This document shows, piece by piece, positions 1-9,962 of a stretch of 64,000 nucleotides of DNA. The stretch covers positions 110,558 to 174,557 of the forward strand of contig JADKBK010000008.1 of assembly GCA_016715075.1 (NCBI GenBank), in the 5' to 3' direction. Both the position numbers and the translations under genes were made by a program. Origin of the DNA: Bacteroidales bacterium (GTDB taxonomy: Bacteria; Bacteroidota; Bacteroidia; Bacteroidales; VadinHA17). Position 1 is the stretch's first letter, and the number at the start of each line of letters is the position of its first letter. The notes under the pieces were generated by a model, which did not search any database, was not told where the DNA came from, and saw nothing but the letters and a program-made list of their open reading frames with translations.

Positions 1-2277
1 ATGAACATAAACGTCAGGAAGGAAATTCATCTCTATTGTCTTCATGCCTGCACCTTCGCAGCCTTCGCATCTTCCTCCCTTTACATTGAATGAGAAACGG
101 CCTGCACCGAATCCCCTGATCTTGGCCTCAGTTGTCTGTTCAAACAATTTCCTGATATCAGTGAAGACACCTGTATATGTTGCAGGATTGGAACGGGGTG
201 TTTTACCAATTGGCGACTGGCTGACTTCAATAACCTTATCTATATGTTCCAACCCGAGAATATCTTTATATGGCAGAGGTGATCTGCCGGCTCCGTGGAA
301 TTTTTTTGCCAGGGCGGGATGAAGTGTCTGGTTAATGAGAGATGACTTGCCGCTACCTGAAACACCTGTCACACAGATCAGAGTGCCCAGGGGCAGACTG
401 ATGTCAACATTATTAAGGTTATGGCCTGTAGCGCCTGTTAGTACAAGGAACTTTCCGTTACCCTCTCTTCTGTTTTCGGGTATACTAAACTTTCTTGAAT
501 TATTGAGGTAGGATGTAGTGAGGGTATTTTTCTTAAGAAGCTCAGATGGAATGCCGTGGGCAACAACCAATCCTCCATGCCGACCTGCACCAGGCCCCAT
601 ATCCACAACATAGTCGGCTGAAAGAATCATCTCTCTGTCATGTTCAACAACGATGACTGAATTACCTGCATCTCTCAACTGCTTCAGAGCTGTGATCAGC
701 CTGCGGTTATCGCGTTGGTGAAGACCAATGCTTGGTTCATCAAGGATATAAAGTACATTAACAAGCCTGGAACCAATCTGGGTGGCAAGCCTGATCCTCT
801 GACTCTCCCCTCCCGAAAGGGTTTTTGCCCCTCTGTTGAGAGAGAGATATTCAAGTCCAACCTCCAGAAGGAAACCTAGCCTGGGTCTTATCTCTTTAAG
901 GATTTCAGAAGCGATCTGCTTCTGCCTGGGACTCATTCGTTCCTCAACATCGGAAAAGAATGAAGAGAGTTCCCTGATATCCATTGCCGAAAGTTCACCT
1001 ATATTTTTATCGTCGATCCTGAAAAACAGTGATTCTTTTTTCAGCCTTGTTCCATTACATTCCGGACATACATTATATTGTACATACTGATCTTTGAGCC
1101 GTGCGCTGTTTTTTTTTCCTCCGATAACCTCAAGTGTACCGACAAAACTGACTACACCTTCAAAGGTCAGGAAATAATTGGATGACATCCCGAGAGGAGT
1201 ATTTGACAGTTTAAGTACCTCATCAGAACCGTACAGCACCTTATTGAGTGCATCTTCGGGTATATCCCTGATAGGTGTATCGAGTGTAAATCCGTTTTTT
1301 TCAGCAATGGCTTCTATCTGCCAGAAAATCCAGATATTCCTGTATTTACCAAGTGGTTCTATACCACCTTTTCTGATGCTCAGATCCCGGTCGGGGATCA
1401 GCTTTTCCTCATCAATGCTTGATATCTCTCCGAGACCATTGCAATGGGGGCATGCGCCCTGCGGGGAGTTGAATGAAAATGTATGCGGAGCCGGTTCATC
1501 ATACGATATGCCTGTAACCGGACACATCAGATGACGGCTGAAAAAACGCGGTTCATTGTTCTCTGCATCCAGCACCATCATTATTCCTTCACCCTGATCA
1601 AGAGACATAAGGACTGAATCATAAAGCCTTTTGTCAGAGATCTCTCCTACAATGAATTTATCAATAACAAGCTCTATATTGTGGGTCTTATACCTGTCAA
1701 GCTTCAGCCCGTGGGTAAGTTCCTTTATTTCATTATCAATCCGTACATTAAGGAACCCTTTTCGCCTCAGCTGTTCGAAGAGCTCTTTATAATGTCCCTT
1801 TCTTCCCTTTACTACCGGAGCAAGAAAATAGACCTTCTTACCTGAGAAACGCTTGTTGACCAGTTCAAGAATCTGGTCATCAGAGTACTTAACCATCTTT
1901 TCTCCTGACAGATATGAATAGGCATCAGACGCCCGGGCAAAAAGAAGCCTTAGGAAGTCATAGATTTCTGTTATGGTGCCGACTGTGGAGCGGGGATTTT
2001 TGTTTGAGGTCTTTTGTTCGATTGATATGACCGGGCTAAGTCCTGTAATCTTATCAACATCCGGACGTTCCATTCCGCCAAGAAACTGCCTTGCATAGGC
2101 AGAAAGCGTCTCCATATAACGCCTCTGGCCTTCAGCGTAGATAGTATCGAAAGCCAGGGATGATTTTCCGCTTCCGCTAAGTCCGGTAATAACCACGAGC
2201 TTATTACGCGGAATAGTCACATCGATATTCTGCAAATTATGTACTCTTGCCCCAAGAACATTTATTTCCTCATTCAT
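1..2277 (-). CDS. uvrA: Excinuclease ABC subunit A (UvrA), N-terminal 759 codons; the C-terminus runs off the window start
   Basis: Absent from the ORF track because no stop lies in the window. Reverse translation from the ATG at 2277 gives [66 protein letters not shown] second Walker A ([10 protein letters not shown], about 340-366) is in the same frame. ATGA overlap with the stop of the upstream gene. Confidence 0.93.
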   Translation of the reverse strand, partial: MNEEINVLGARVHNLQNIDVTIPRNKLVVITGLSGSGKSSLAFDTIYAEGQRRYMETLSAYARQFLGGMERPDVDKITGLSPVISIEQKTSNKNPRSTVGTITEIYDFLRLLFARASDAYSYLSGEKMVKYSDDQILELVNKRFSGKKVYFLAPVVKGRKGHYKELFEQLRRKGFLNVRIDNEIKELTHGLKLDRYKTHNIELVIDKFIVGEISDKRLYDSVLMSLDQGEGIMMVLDAENNEPRFFSRHLMCPVTGISYDEPAPHTFSFNSPQGACPHCNGLGEISSIDEEKLIPDRDLSIRKGGIEPLGKYRNIWIFWQIEAIAEKNGFTLDTPIRDIPEDALNKVLYGSDEVLKLSNTPLGMSSNYFLTFEGVVSFVGTLEVIGGKKNSARLKDQYVQYNVCPECNGTRLKKESLFFRIDDKNIGELSAMDIRELSSFFSDVEERMSPRQKQIASEILKEIRPRLGFLLEVGLEYLSLNRGAKTLSGGESQRIRLATQIGSRLVNVLYILDEPSIGLHQRDNRRLITALKQLRDAGNSVIVVEHDREMILSADYVVDMGPGAGRHGGLVVAHGIPSELLKKNTLTTSYLNNSRKFSIPENRREGNGKFLVLTGATGHNLNNVDISLPLGTLICVTGVSGSGKSSLINQTLHPALAKKFHGAGRSPLPYKDILGLEHIDKVIEVSQSPIGKTPRSNPATYTGVFTDIRKLFEQTTEAKIRGFGAGRFSFNVKGGRCEGCEGAGMKTIEMNFLPDVYVH

Positions 2278-3293
2278 TTCAGATCTTCCTTATCATTGGA
2301 TCCGTTCTCGGCCTCGGTTCTTTCAATGCTTCTCATTCCTTCCACCGGAATTTTTATAACATATTCCTTATTTGGTTTCGGTGTCAGAAATGGTTTCCGG
2401 AGCCATGGATTAAGTAACTTAAGCATTTTATAATTAGTCCCGAATTTTCCTGCAAAAGCTGAGATATCGGTTATTGCACTATCAATCTTAACTTCGTAAT
2501 ATTTCAATTCAGGGTATAAGTCCTCTTTGCCGATATCGAAACCAAAACTTACAGGATCTGTAATTATAAGCTTATAGGCTACCACCCTGAAGATATACCT
2601 GGCTGTCTCTTCAGCTAACAAAAGATCATAATAGTTGTTCTGACGCTGCATCTCCAGCTGCTCATCCATCCTGGACCGTCCGCCATTGTATGAGGCTGCA
2701 GCCAGTGTCCAGCTGCCATATTTTTCATGTGATTTAAGGAAATATTCACAGGCAAATCTTGTCGATTTTTCAACATGGTATCGCTCATCAACCACCTGGT
2801 TAATCTCCATCCCCTGCTCCTTTCCTGTTTCGGGCATAATCTGCCAGAAGCCAGTTGCACCTGCCGGAGACACCATGTTCGTATATTCGCTTTCAGCAGC
2901 AACAAGGTATTTAAAGTCATCGGGAATGTTGTATTCCCTGAGTATTTTTTCTATCTGCGGAAAGTACCTGTTGGCTCTCTTTATTATAAGAATTGTTGAT
3001 GAATGCCTGTATGCGCTTATCAGGATCTCTCTTTCCAGGCTCTCCCTCGTATCAAAATTTTCGAGCGGCATCTTTTCCCCTGCAAATGTGACAACATCCG
3101 GAAGCTTGAAAGCTTTTATGCTGTAAGTATTTCCGGGATGGCTGCCTGAATCTCCACCACCGTCTCCGGATCTTCTAAATCCCTGTGTTACTCCGAATAT
3201 TATAATGAAAAGACCTGCAAGGGCAAGTGCTGTTACTAATGTTTTCCTGTTGGGATATGTCATGCGAATAAAGCAATTAAAAAATAAGTGCAA
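2274..3293 (-). CDS. Lytic murein transglycosylase (SLT domain, MltD-like), membrane-anchored
   Basis: SLT catalytic motif [26 protein letters not shown]-terminal TM/signal segment. The start may be the internal MTYPNRK (3263). Confidence 0.85.
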   Translation of the reverse strand: MHLFFNCFIRMTYPNRKTLVTALALAGLFIIIFGVTQGFRRSGDGGGDSGSHPGNTYSIKAFKLPDVVTFAGEKMPLENFDTRESLEREILISAYRHSSTILIIKRANRYFPQIEKILREYNIPDDFKYLVAAESEYTNMVSPAGATGFWQIMPETGKEQGMEINQVVDERYHVEKSTRFACEYFLKSHEKYGSWTLAAASYNGGRSRMDEQLEMQRQNNYYDLLLAEETARYIFRVVAYKLIITDPVSFGFDIGKEDLYPELKYYEVKIDSAITDISAFAGKFGTNYKMLKLLNPWLRKPFLTPKPNKEYVIKIPVEGMRSIERTEAENGSNDKEDLK

Positions 3294-3420
3294 AGGTAAC
3301 GTTTTTAAGCCTTATAAATTGCTTAATCAATTGTAAAATAAGAAGTGCAGGAATCAAAACAGGGCAAAAGTCAAAAGACTCCTGCGAATGTTTCAGGTCA
3401 AATAGAGATGAAAAACGGAA

Positions 3421-4755
3421 TCAGAACTTATAGGAAATACCCGAGAAAATCCCGAATGAATAAGGGTGGAACTGAGAACCTGATACACTGTTGAATGAAT
3501 TCAGGTAGTATCTGAAAGTAGGTTCAAGGTTTAAAGCGAGTTTCTCGGAGAATTTATATTCCATGCCCATACCTATGGAGCTGCTTATTGAGAACATATT
3601 TAATCCTGCTGTAGTACCGATCATGTATTTACTGCCATCGACAACAGTATAAACTGAATTATCGAGCAGGAGATTATATGATAATCCACCTATCAGGTTA
3701 AAATCAACAGTTCTGTCTACAACCTTATATCTCAGAAATACAGGCAGTTCAAGATAGCTGAAATTCTGCCGCATGGTATTATTAATATAATCAAGGCTTG
3801 CTTTTTGCGGATCAAAGACGTCTTTGTTGTAATTTGTTACTATCCTGTCGCTGTTTCCGTCAGCAAAGAGGAAGACGTCAGCATTATTTGTATAAACAGT
3901 ACCATTTGTGGTCAGGACTTCAAAGTTATGATCACCCTTGGTATTATCATACTTCTGAAAACCGGCGAATGAGTTAATTCCCTCGAGGTCCTGTCCTACT
4001 GATGAATAGAAAAGTCCAGACTGAATACTGAATCTTTTATTTACTTTATAGGAGAGAGCCACACCACCGGTATAGGAAACAACAGCCTGTTCTGATGCCT
4101 TTATCTGTTGGGACAGTGCATCGGAAGCTGAATTGATCTTCCCATAGTATGTTGGTGTCGCCAGAGCTGTAATTGACCATCTGTGATTATTGTCTGACAC
4201 TGTGTTATCAACAAGATAATCCTGGTATTCCTGGCTGATATCATCAACAAAAAGATCATTATTGGGGATTTCAGGTATGGCGGCTTTATTCCGTATAATA
4301 TTGAATGTGCTGGTTTTTATTGGAATATGAAGATTTGACTGAGGCAGAGTAAACACGCTTGAAACTCTTTCATCTGAAGTGGAGCTGGCATCAGCTTCAG
4401 AATTTTCAGTAATTTTATCTATCGGTTTTACTTCTGATCGGGCTATTCTGACCTGTCGGGAAACAGGATTAATCAGATTATCAGAAAAAACAGGAGCTGA
4501 TGATTCCTCACTAAGAGCCATTACTGAATTGTCAAGCATGGAAGAAGTTTTACCGATCCATCTGTATGCGAGAACGCTCATTGTCATTGCAATAGCGAGG
4601 AAAGCAGCGGCACGCAGAAAATAGGCCGGCTTATCCTTCCTTGCAATTCTGCTGTCAATATTCATCCATGCATCAGGCGGGGGGAGCACCTCATAATCTT
4701 TCAGACCATTCCTGAAAGCAAGATCTATATTTGCTCTTCTCTCATCCATTTGCAA
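3421..4755 (-). CDS. Anti-sigma-like N-terminus plus one TM helix, fused to a C-terminal outer-membrane beta-barrel (porin-family-like) domain
   Basis: Overlaps the upstream ECF sigma gene by 14 nt. TM segment AYFLRAAAFLAIAMTMSVLAY at about aa 44-66. The C-terminal half has alternating beta-strand patterns (YLELPVFLRYKV) and a terminal aromatic residue (...GISYKF). Confidence 0.7.
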   Translation of the reverse strand: MQMDERRANIDLAFRNGLKDYEVLPPPDAWMNIDSRIARKDKPAYFLRAAAFLAIAMTMSVLAYRWIGKTSSMLDNSVMALSEESSAPVFSDNLINPVSRQVRIARSEVKPIDKITENSEADASSTSDERVSSVFTLPQSNLHIPIKTSTFNIIRNKAAIPEIPNNDLFVDDISQEYQDYLVDNTVSDNNHRWSITALATPTYYGKINSASDALSQQIKASEQAVVSYTGGVALSYKVNKRFSIQSGLFYSSVGQDLEGINSFAGFQKYDNTKGDHNFEVLTTNGTVYTNNADVFLFADGNSDRIVTNYNKDVFDPQKASLDYINNTMRQNFSYLELPVFLRYKVVDRTVDFNLIGGLSYNLLLDNSVYTVVDGSKYMIGTTAGLNMFSISSSIGMGMEYKFSEKLALNLEPTFRYYLNSFNSVSGSQFHPYSFGIFSGISYKF

Positions 4756-5302
4756 TTCTCTTCTTGATTCCGGTAAATGAACCGACTCTCCTCTGAAGTA
4801 TCACCCTTGCACGTGAAAGGTTTGACTTCGATGTTCCTTCAGATATATTGATCATCTCACTTATCTCTTTATGGGAATACCCCTCTATAGCATACAGATT
4901 GAATACCATTCTGTATTTGGGGGGCAGTTCCCTTATTATCTCCAGCAAGTCAGCGGCTTCCAGACCTGCATAATCCTGATTATCAGGTTCGGCATCGGGT
5001 TCAGGCATCTGGTCTATATCATCAACCCTGTAGAGGCTGTTTCTGCTCCTGAATTTTTCAAGAGCAGTATTAACCGTTATCCTGCGCATCCATCCCTCGA
5101 AGGAACCCTCATGCTTGTAATTGCCAAGATTCTCAAAGATCTTTATAAATCCTTCCTGCAAAATATCCCTTGCCTCCTCATTATTGCCGGAATACTGCAG
5201 ACAGACTGCATACAGCTTTGCTGAATGCCTCCTGTACAGAAGTTCCTGATCCTTCCTGTTCCCGGCTAGGCAACCTTTTATTATTTCCTTAATCTCTGAC
5301 AA
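4742..5302 (-). CDS. RNA polymerase ECF-type sigma-70 factor
   Basis: 186 aa with region 2 (ARDILQEGFIKIF...WMRRITVNTALEKFR) and region 4 (EGYSHKEISEMINISEGTSKSNLSRAR) signatures. Confidence 0.9.
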   Translation of the reverse strand: MSEIKEIIKGCLAGNRKDQELLYRRHSAKLYAVCLQYSGNNEEARDILQEGFIKIFENLGNYKHEGSFEGWMRRITVNTALEKFRSRNSLYRVDDIDQMPEPDAEPDNQDYAGLEAADLLEIIRELPPKYRMVFNLYAIEGYSHKEISEMINISEGTSKSNLSRARVILQRRVGSFTGIKKRIANG

Positions 5303-5409
5303 GCCTTTTACAGTTTGAGATTATAAAAATAAAAAATATTTGCCTCAAATACCAATAACTATTTATAAGATTGATGCTATTAATTAAAAAAAGGTTGCGT
5401 AAGCCTGAT

Positions 5410-6801
5410 TTAAATATGAATTACCTCTCCGTAAGCGGCGGCAGCAGCTTCCATAATTGCTTCTGACATTGTAGGATGAGGGTGAACAGATTTAATCAGT
5501 TCATGAGCAGTAGTTTCCAGTTTTCTCGCAACAACTATTTCAGCGATCATTTCAGTCACGTTGGCCCCAATCATATGGGCTCCAAGCAATTCGCCGTATT
5601 TTGAATCAAATATAAGTTTTATGAATCCATCTTTTGCGCCTGCAGCGCTTGCCTTTCCTGATGCTGTAAACGGGAATTTGCCTACGCGGATCTCAAAACC
5701 GGCTTCCCTGGCAGCGCTCTCAGTCATACCGACAGAGGCTATTTCAGGGTTTGTATAGGTACAGGCAGGGATATTATTGTAATCAAGCGGATCTGTCTCC
5801 ACTCCTGCCATTTTTTCAACACAGATTATACCTTCAGCCGATGCAACATGTGCAAGGGCGGGACCATGAACTATGTCTCCTATTGCATAGACTCCCGGGA
5901 CAGTGGTCCTGTAAAAATCATCCACTGTCACTTTACCCTTCTCTGTTTTCACCCCGGTCTTTTCCAGTCCGATGTTTTCAAGATTCGGTGACACGCCAAC
6001 AGCAGAAAATACTATATCTGTTTCAATCACTTCTGTCCCTTTGGCAGTTTTTACCGTGACCTTGCATTTCTCACCTGAAGTATCCACCGACTCTACGGAA
6101 GAATCAGTCATAATCTTCATCTTCATCTTTTTAAAAGACCTCTCCAGCTGCTTTGAAACCTCTTCATCTTCGTTCGGAACAATTCGAGGGAGGAATTCAA
6201 CAAGGGTAACACTGGTTCCTATTGACTGGTAAAAACTTGCGAACTCACTGCCTATGGCTCCGGAGCCTACTACAACCATTGAACCCGGCTGTTTCGGAAG
6301 TGTCATTGCCTCACGGTATCCGATAATCTTCTTTCCGTCCTGCTTAAGGGAGGGAAGCTCCTTTGATCTTGCACCGGTCGCAACAATTATATTTTTTGCT
6401 GTATAATTTTTCTTACTCCCTTCAGCATCCTCTACTTCAACGCTGTTATTTCCTGCCAGCTTCCCATATCCTTTGATGTGGACAATATTGTTTTTTTTGA
6501 AGAGAAACTGAATTCCCTTGCTCATCGAATCAGCCACTCCCCTGCTCCTCGATATTATTGCACCGAAATCGGGTTTAGCCTCTCCTGCAATTGTTATTCC
6601 GTATTCTGCGGCATGAGTAATGTATTCAAATACCTGGGCGCTCTTGAGCAGTGATTTTGTAGGGATACAACCCCAGTTAAGACATATTCCACCGAGTTCA
6701 GCCTTTTCAACTACTGCAACTTTCATTTTTAACTGCGATGCCCTTATTGCGGCTACATATCCACCAGGTCCGCTGCCTATGATTATAAGATCGTAATCCA
6801 T
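5410..6801 (-). CDS. lpdA: Dihydrolipoyl dehydrogenase (E3 component)
   Basis: FAD motif IIIGSGPGGYVAA, redox-active disulfide GGICLNWGCIPTK, C-terminal HPHPTMSE dimer-interface motif. Confidence 0.95.
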   Translation of the reverse strand: MDYDLIIIGSGPGGYVAAIRASQLKMKVAVVEKAELGGICLNWGCIPTKSLLKSAQVFEYITHAAEYGITIAGEAKPDFGAIISRSRGVADSMSKGIQFLFKKNNIVHIKGYGKLAGNNSVEVEDAEGSKKNYTAKNIIVATGARSKELPSLKQDGKKIIGYREAMTLPKQPGSMVVVGSGAIGSEFASFYQSIGTSVTLVEFLPRIVPNEDEEVSKQLERSFKKMKMKIMTDSSVESVDTSGEKCKVTVKTAKGTEVIETDIVFSAVGVSPNLENIGLEKTGVKTEKGKVTVDDFYRTTVPGVYAIGDIVHGPALAHVASAEGIICVEKMAGVETDPLDYNNIPACTYTNPEIASVGMTESAAREAGFEIRVGKFPFTASGKASAAGAKDGFIKLIFDSKYGELLGAHMIGANVTEMIAEIVVARKLETTAHELIKSVHPHPTMSEAIMEAAAAAYGEVIHI

Positions 6802-6802
6802 A

Positions 6803-7624
6803 TCATTTATTAGTTAATATATTAATTAGATGATTTATACCCTTAACAATTACCCAGATGATCACCAGGGTAAAGATAATTGTTGCACCTACAGGTATTC
6901 CTGCAAAATAGGAGATAATATAACCTGTCGCTGTGCCAAAAAAACCCGAAATTACCGACCAGATGACTATTTTAAAATAGACCCTGGTGAATATCATGGC
7001 AATGTTGGGTGGTATTGTGAGTAGTGATAGTACAAGAATTACGCCGGCCATTCGGATATTCAGAACAATCGTGAGAGCAATCAGTGAGGTTGTGAAATAT
7101 TTGAAAATATCCACATATGAAGAATAGGTTCTTGCATAGACCTCATCGAAGGAGATGTATAAAATTGTACGGTAAAAGATCCCGAAGTAAAGTATCAGTA
7201 TTATTGACATAACGCCAAGGGCGATTATATCAGAATTTGAAACTGTAAGAATACTCCCGAAGAGGTAGCTCATGAGATTGGGTGTATAACCTGGTGTCAG
7301 GTAAATGAATATTATACCTATCGCCATTCCAAACGCCCACAGGATACCGATAGCCGAGTCTTCCCTGATCTTCTGACGTACTGAAAGGTATTCCACACCA
7401 AGGGCAGACATAATACCAAATACAGCGGCTCCGATCACAGGATTTATTCCGGCAAAATAGCCAATTCCAATTCCACCGAATGAGGCATGGGTAATCCCGC
7501 CACTAAGAAAAACCATCCTCCTGGATACAATATAGGTTCCTGCAATGCCCGCCGTGATACTCGCAAAGATTGCTCCAAGCAAACCCTTTATTATAAATTC
7601 ATATTCAAAAATATTTGTTTCCAC
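6803..7624 (-). CDS. znuB: Metal (Zn/Mn) ABC transporter permease
   Basis: 273-aa polytopic membrane protein of the ABC-3 family type, sitting in an operon with an ATPase and a ZnuA-like binding protein. Confidence 0.85.
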   Translation of the reverse strand: METNIFEYEFIIKGLLGAIFASITAGIAGTYIVSRRMVFLSGGITHASFGGIGIGYFAGINPVIGAAVFGIMSALGVEYLSVRQKIREDSAIGILWAFGMAIGIIFIYLTPGYTPNLMSYLFGSILTVSNSDIIALGVMSIILILYFGIFYRTILYISFDEVYARTYSSYVDIFKYFTTSLIALTIVLNIRMAGVILVLSLLTIPPNIAMIFTRVYFKIVIWSVISGFFGTATGYIISYFAGIPVGATIIFTLVIIWVIVKGINHLINILTNK

Positions 7625-7626
7625 AA

Positions 7627-8370
7627 TTAATGCATTTTCAGTACAGTGTGAGGAACTACGCCATGGGTGATAAGCTGAATGGGGCAGCCGTATGCAAGCA
7701 GGTCATCGTTTGTTATCTCATGTGAGGGGTGATAATGAAGTGTTCTGTTAACACAGGCAAATGATTTTATATGAGCTGAAATGGTGCCGACATCATGTGA
7801 AACCATAAGTATGGCCATCCTTTTGTTGAGTTCCCTGAGCTTCTCGTAGAAATCATTTTCAAATGTTGTATCAACAAAATTCCCCGGTTCATCGAGTAAT
7901 AGTAACCTTGGATCACCTATAATTGCCCTTCCTAGAAAAACCCTCTGCATCTGTCCTCCGGAAAGCTCGTTCATCGGCGAATTCTTCATTTCAGACAGGC
8001 CCAGTTCATCCATTACAATGTCGGCTTTTTGTCTGTCTGATGAAGACATCCTGGTTATTATCCCTTTCCTGATCATAAGCCCCGACAATACTATATCGGT
8101 AACAGTAACCGGATAATTTACATCTCCCGTTGAAATCTGGGGCAGATACCCTATACTTTTATTGTCAATAAGATCAGAATTGAAGACCAGCGTTCCATTT
8201 AACGGCTTCAGTAAGCCAAGTATCACCCTCAGAAGTGTTGTCTTTCCTCCTCCATTTGGACCAATCACACCGATAAAATCATTCTCCATGACCCTGAAAC
8301 TGACATCCTGCAAAATGATATTGGTTCCATAGGAAGCTGAGAGTGCATTCATTTCAAATAATGTTGCCAT
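7627..8370 (-). CDS. znuC: Metal ABC transporter ATP-binding protein
   Basis: Walker A GPNGGGKTT, ABC signature LSGGQMQR, Walker B LLLLDEP. Confidence 0.88.
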   Translation of the reverse strand: MATLFEMNALSASYGTNIILQDVSFRVMENDFIGVIGPNGGGKTTLLRVILGLLKPLNGTLVFNSDLIDNKSIGYLPQISTGDVNYPVTVTDIVLSGLMIRKGIITRMSSSDRQKADIVMDELGLSEMKNSPMNELSGGQMQRVFLGRAIIGDPRLLLLDEPGNFVDTTFENDFYEKLRELNKRMAILMVSHDVGTISAHIKSFACVNRTLHYHPSHEITNDDLLAYGCPIQLITHGVVPHTVLKMH

Positions 8371-8379
8371 ATCATGAAG

Positions 8380-9009
8380 TCATTTTGAACTTTCAATTAA
8401 GCTGCTGTACAAAGCATCTATGATTTCAGTTGTCGAATCCAGCCACTGCTCAGATAACGGATCAATTATCTGCACCCTTGCCCCTATTTCATGAGCTATT
8501 GCTTTGGCATTCTTTGTATCATATTCCTTCTGAACAAATATTGTTTTTATCCTCCCAGTTCTTGCACGGTCGATAAGCTCCCTTAATCTCGAAGGCGTCG
8601 GCTCTTTCCCTTCAAATTCCACTGAGATCTCTTCAAGACCATAATCTCTCGCCAGGTAACCCAGGTTTGGATGAAAAATCATAAATGACTTGTTTTCCAC
8701 ACCTGAAAAGAGTTCTCCGGTTTTTTTATCAAGCGCCTGAATTTTTAATACCAGATCCTGATAGTTGGTTTCATACATGTTTTGATGAACAGGATTCAGC
8801 TCTGACAGAAAATCCCTTACCGATGCTGCCATTATGAGGGCACATTTGGGTGAGACCCAGTAGTGAGGATCAGCTCCTTCCACATGATCGCCGTCGTGAT
8901 GATCCCTTGAACCGAGAGGCTCAATATTCCTGCTCAGTGATAACTTCCTGATCGACCGGTTTGTGTCATAGAAACGGTCAAGCAGGTACTTCGAACCCCA
9001 GATAACCAT
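8380..9009 (-). CDS. znuA: Zinc ABC transporter substrate-binding protein, C-terminal fragment (frameshifted gene)
   Basis: His/Asp-rich loop SRDHHDGDHVEGADPHYW and a ZnuA/TroA-like fold sequence. Continues the 8978..9298 ORF after a frame change inside 8978-9009. Confidence 0.8.
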   Translation of the reverse strand: MVIWGSKYLLDRFYDTNRSIRKLSLSRNIEPLGSRDHHDGDHVEGADPHYWVSPKCALIMAASVRDFLSELNPVHQNMYETNYQDLVLKIQALDKKTGELFSGVENKSFMIFHPNLGYLARDYGLEEISVEFEGKEPTPSRLRELIDRARTGRIKTIFVQKEYDTKNAKAIAHEIGARVQIIDPLSEQWLDSTTEIIDALYSSLIESSK

Positions 9010-9298
9010 TGCTTATATACCCGATAGACTTTCTAAGTTTTACTATCTGCTTTGGAAAAGGTTCATAAATATGAGGATTTGCACCGGCCGGTACCATAAC
9101 ATTAACTGTGAAATCATCCCCACCTATTGCCTCAACAAAATACTTATACGGTGAAATGCTGACAGTTATAATTCTTTCATCTGAATCTATAACTCTCCGG
9201 CCGCATGATGCAAAAATAAGTATGCCAAGAAATATGAAGATCTTTCTCACGTAACTGAAAATTCTAAGTTGGTACAAATTTAACATATAACAGAACAA
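8978..9298 (-). CDS. znuA: Zinc ABC transporter substrate-binding protein, N-terminal fragment (lipoprotein signal plus first lobe)
   Basis: Signal/lipobox IFLGILIFASCG followed by VPAGANPHIYEP, the typical first metal-ligand region. Ends GYLGFEVPA* where the other frame continues ...KYLLDRF. Confidence 0.75.
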   Translation of the reverse strand: MFCYMLNLYQLRIFSYVRKIFIFLGILIFASCGRRVIDSDERIITVSISPYKYFVEAIGGDDFTVNVMVPAGANPHIYEPFPKQIVKLRKSIGYISNGYLGFEVPA

Positions 9299-9332
9299 AT
9301 GGTTTATGTGTTGTAAATAAAATAATATAAGC

Positions 9333-9340
9333 TAAATTTG
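9333..9340 (+). promoter_or_regulatory. Bacteroidota primary-sigma -7 box (TAAATTTG)
   Basis: Matches TAnnTTTG, 35 nt upstream of the ATG at 9375. Confidence 0.4.
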
Positions 9341-9374
9341 ACTATGGTTTACATGGATCAATGTTTGCTTTCCT

Positions 9375-9866
9375 ATGACGAGTAAAGGAGAAATACTGGC
9401 AGCAATTCTGAAAAACTTCAGAAATTGTTATTTTTTCCTGCATAACACAAGAGAAGCAGATATCGTGGAAAAAATTATGAATGAAGGCTTTATCTTTGAA
9501 AATCAGCTGGTGCATTCAACTGACCGGGTTAATCCTAATGAACCTATTGAGATTACATATTTTCTGTTCCAGAGGAAAGATTATGGCTCGTACACTATTG
9601 TAATTGCTATTCCCAGGATTACCTATGAAGGCTATTCTGCTCTTTCCTCCAGGAATGCAGTGAGCATTGAAGAGGTTATGACAATTGCCGATCCTTATTT
9701 CAGCGACAATGACGAACTTATGTTTACGGTTTCTCCAAAGCATGTCCTGGGATATTTCAATAATAAAACGAGTGAGTTTTTCCAGAATGGCAACTGGGAT
9801 CCGTTTTTCAACAACTCCAGATCAAAGTCACAAAAGAAGAGAAGTTCCAGGCACGGAAGAAAATGA
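9375..9866 (+). CDS. Hypothetical protein with a basic C-terminal tail
   Basis: 163-aa ORF with a promoter-like box upstream. No motif I recognise. Confidence 0.5.
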   Translation: MTSKGEILAAILKNFRNCYFFLHNTREADIVEKIMNEGFIFENQLVHSTDRVNPNEPIEITYFLFQRKDYGSYTIVIAIPRITYEGYSALSSRNAVSIEEVMTIADPYFSDNDELMFTVSPKHVLGYFNNKTSEFFQNGNWDPFFNNSRSKSQKKRSSRHGRK

Positions 9867-9962
9867 CCATTTATAGTGCGCAAATATCTGTATATCAAAG
9901 CGTATCATAATCTTCCGGCTATTTTCCTGACTCTTCAAAAATAAATAATACCAATTTATACG

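Noticed and set aside
2615-3126. Several 70-146-aa ORFs overlapping the lytic transglycosylase, with similar nested ORFs inside lpdA, gcvP, carboxyltransferase and others
   Set aside because: They are alternative-frame or antisense shadows of long, motif-supported genes. Their composition is low-complexity or atypical, and they have no independent support.
5303-5409. Possible lpdA terminator (AGGCTTACGCAACC followed by T7 on the minus strand)
   Set aside because: The T-run is convincing but the stem pairs only 3-5 bp by my reading, which is too weak to annotate as a terminator.
8985-9000. GGGGTTCGAAG (minus strand) resembling a tRNA T-arm
   Set aside because: It lies inside the znuA coding sequence with no surrounding cloverleaf potential. 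No tRNA could be built in any spacer of the window.
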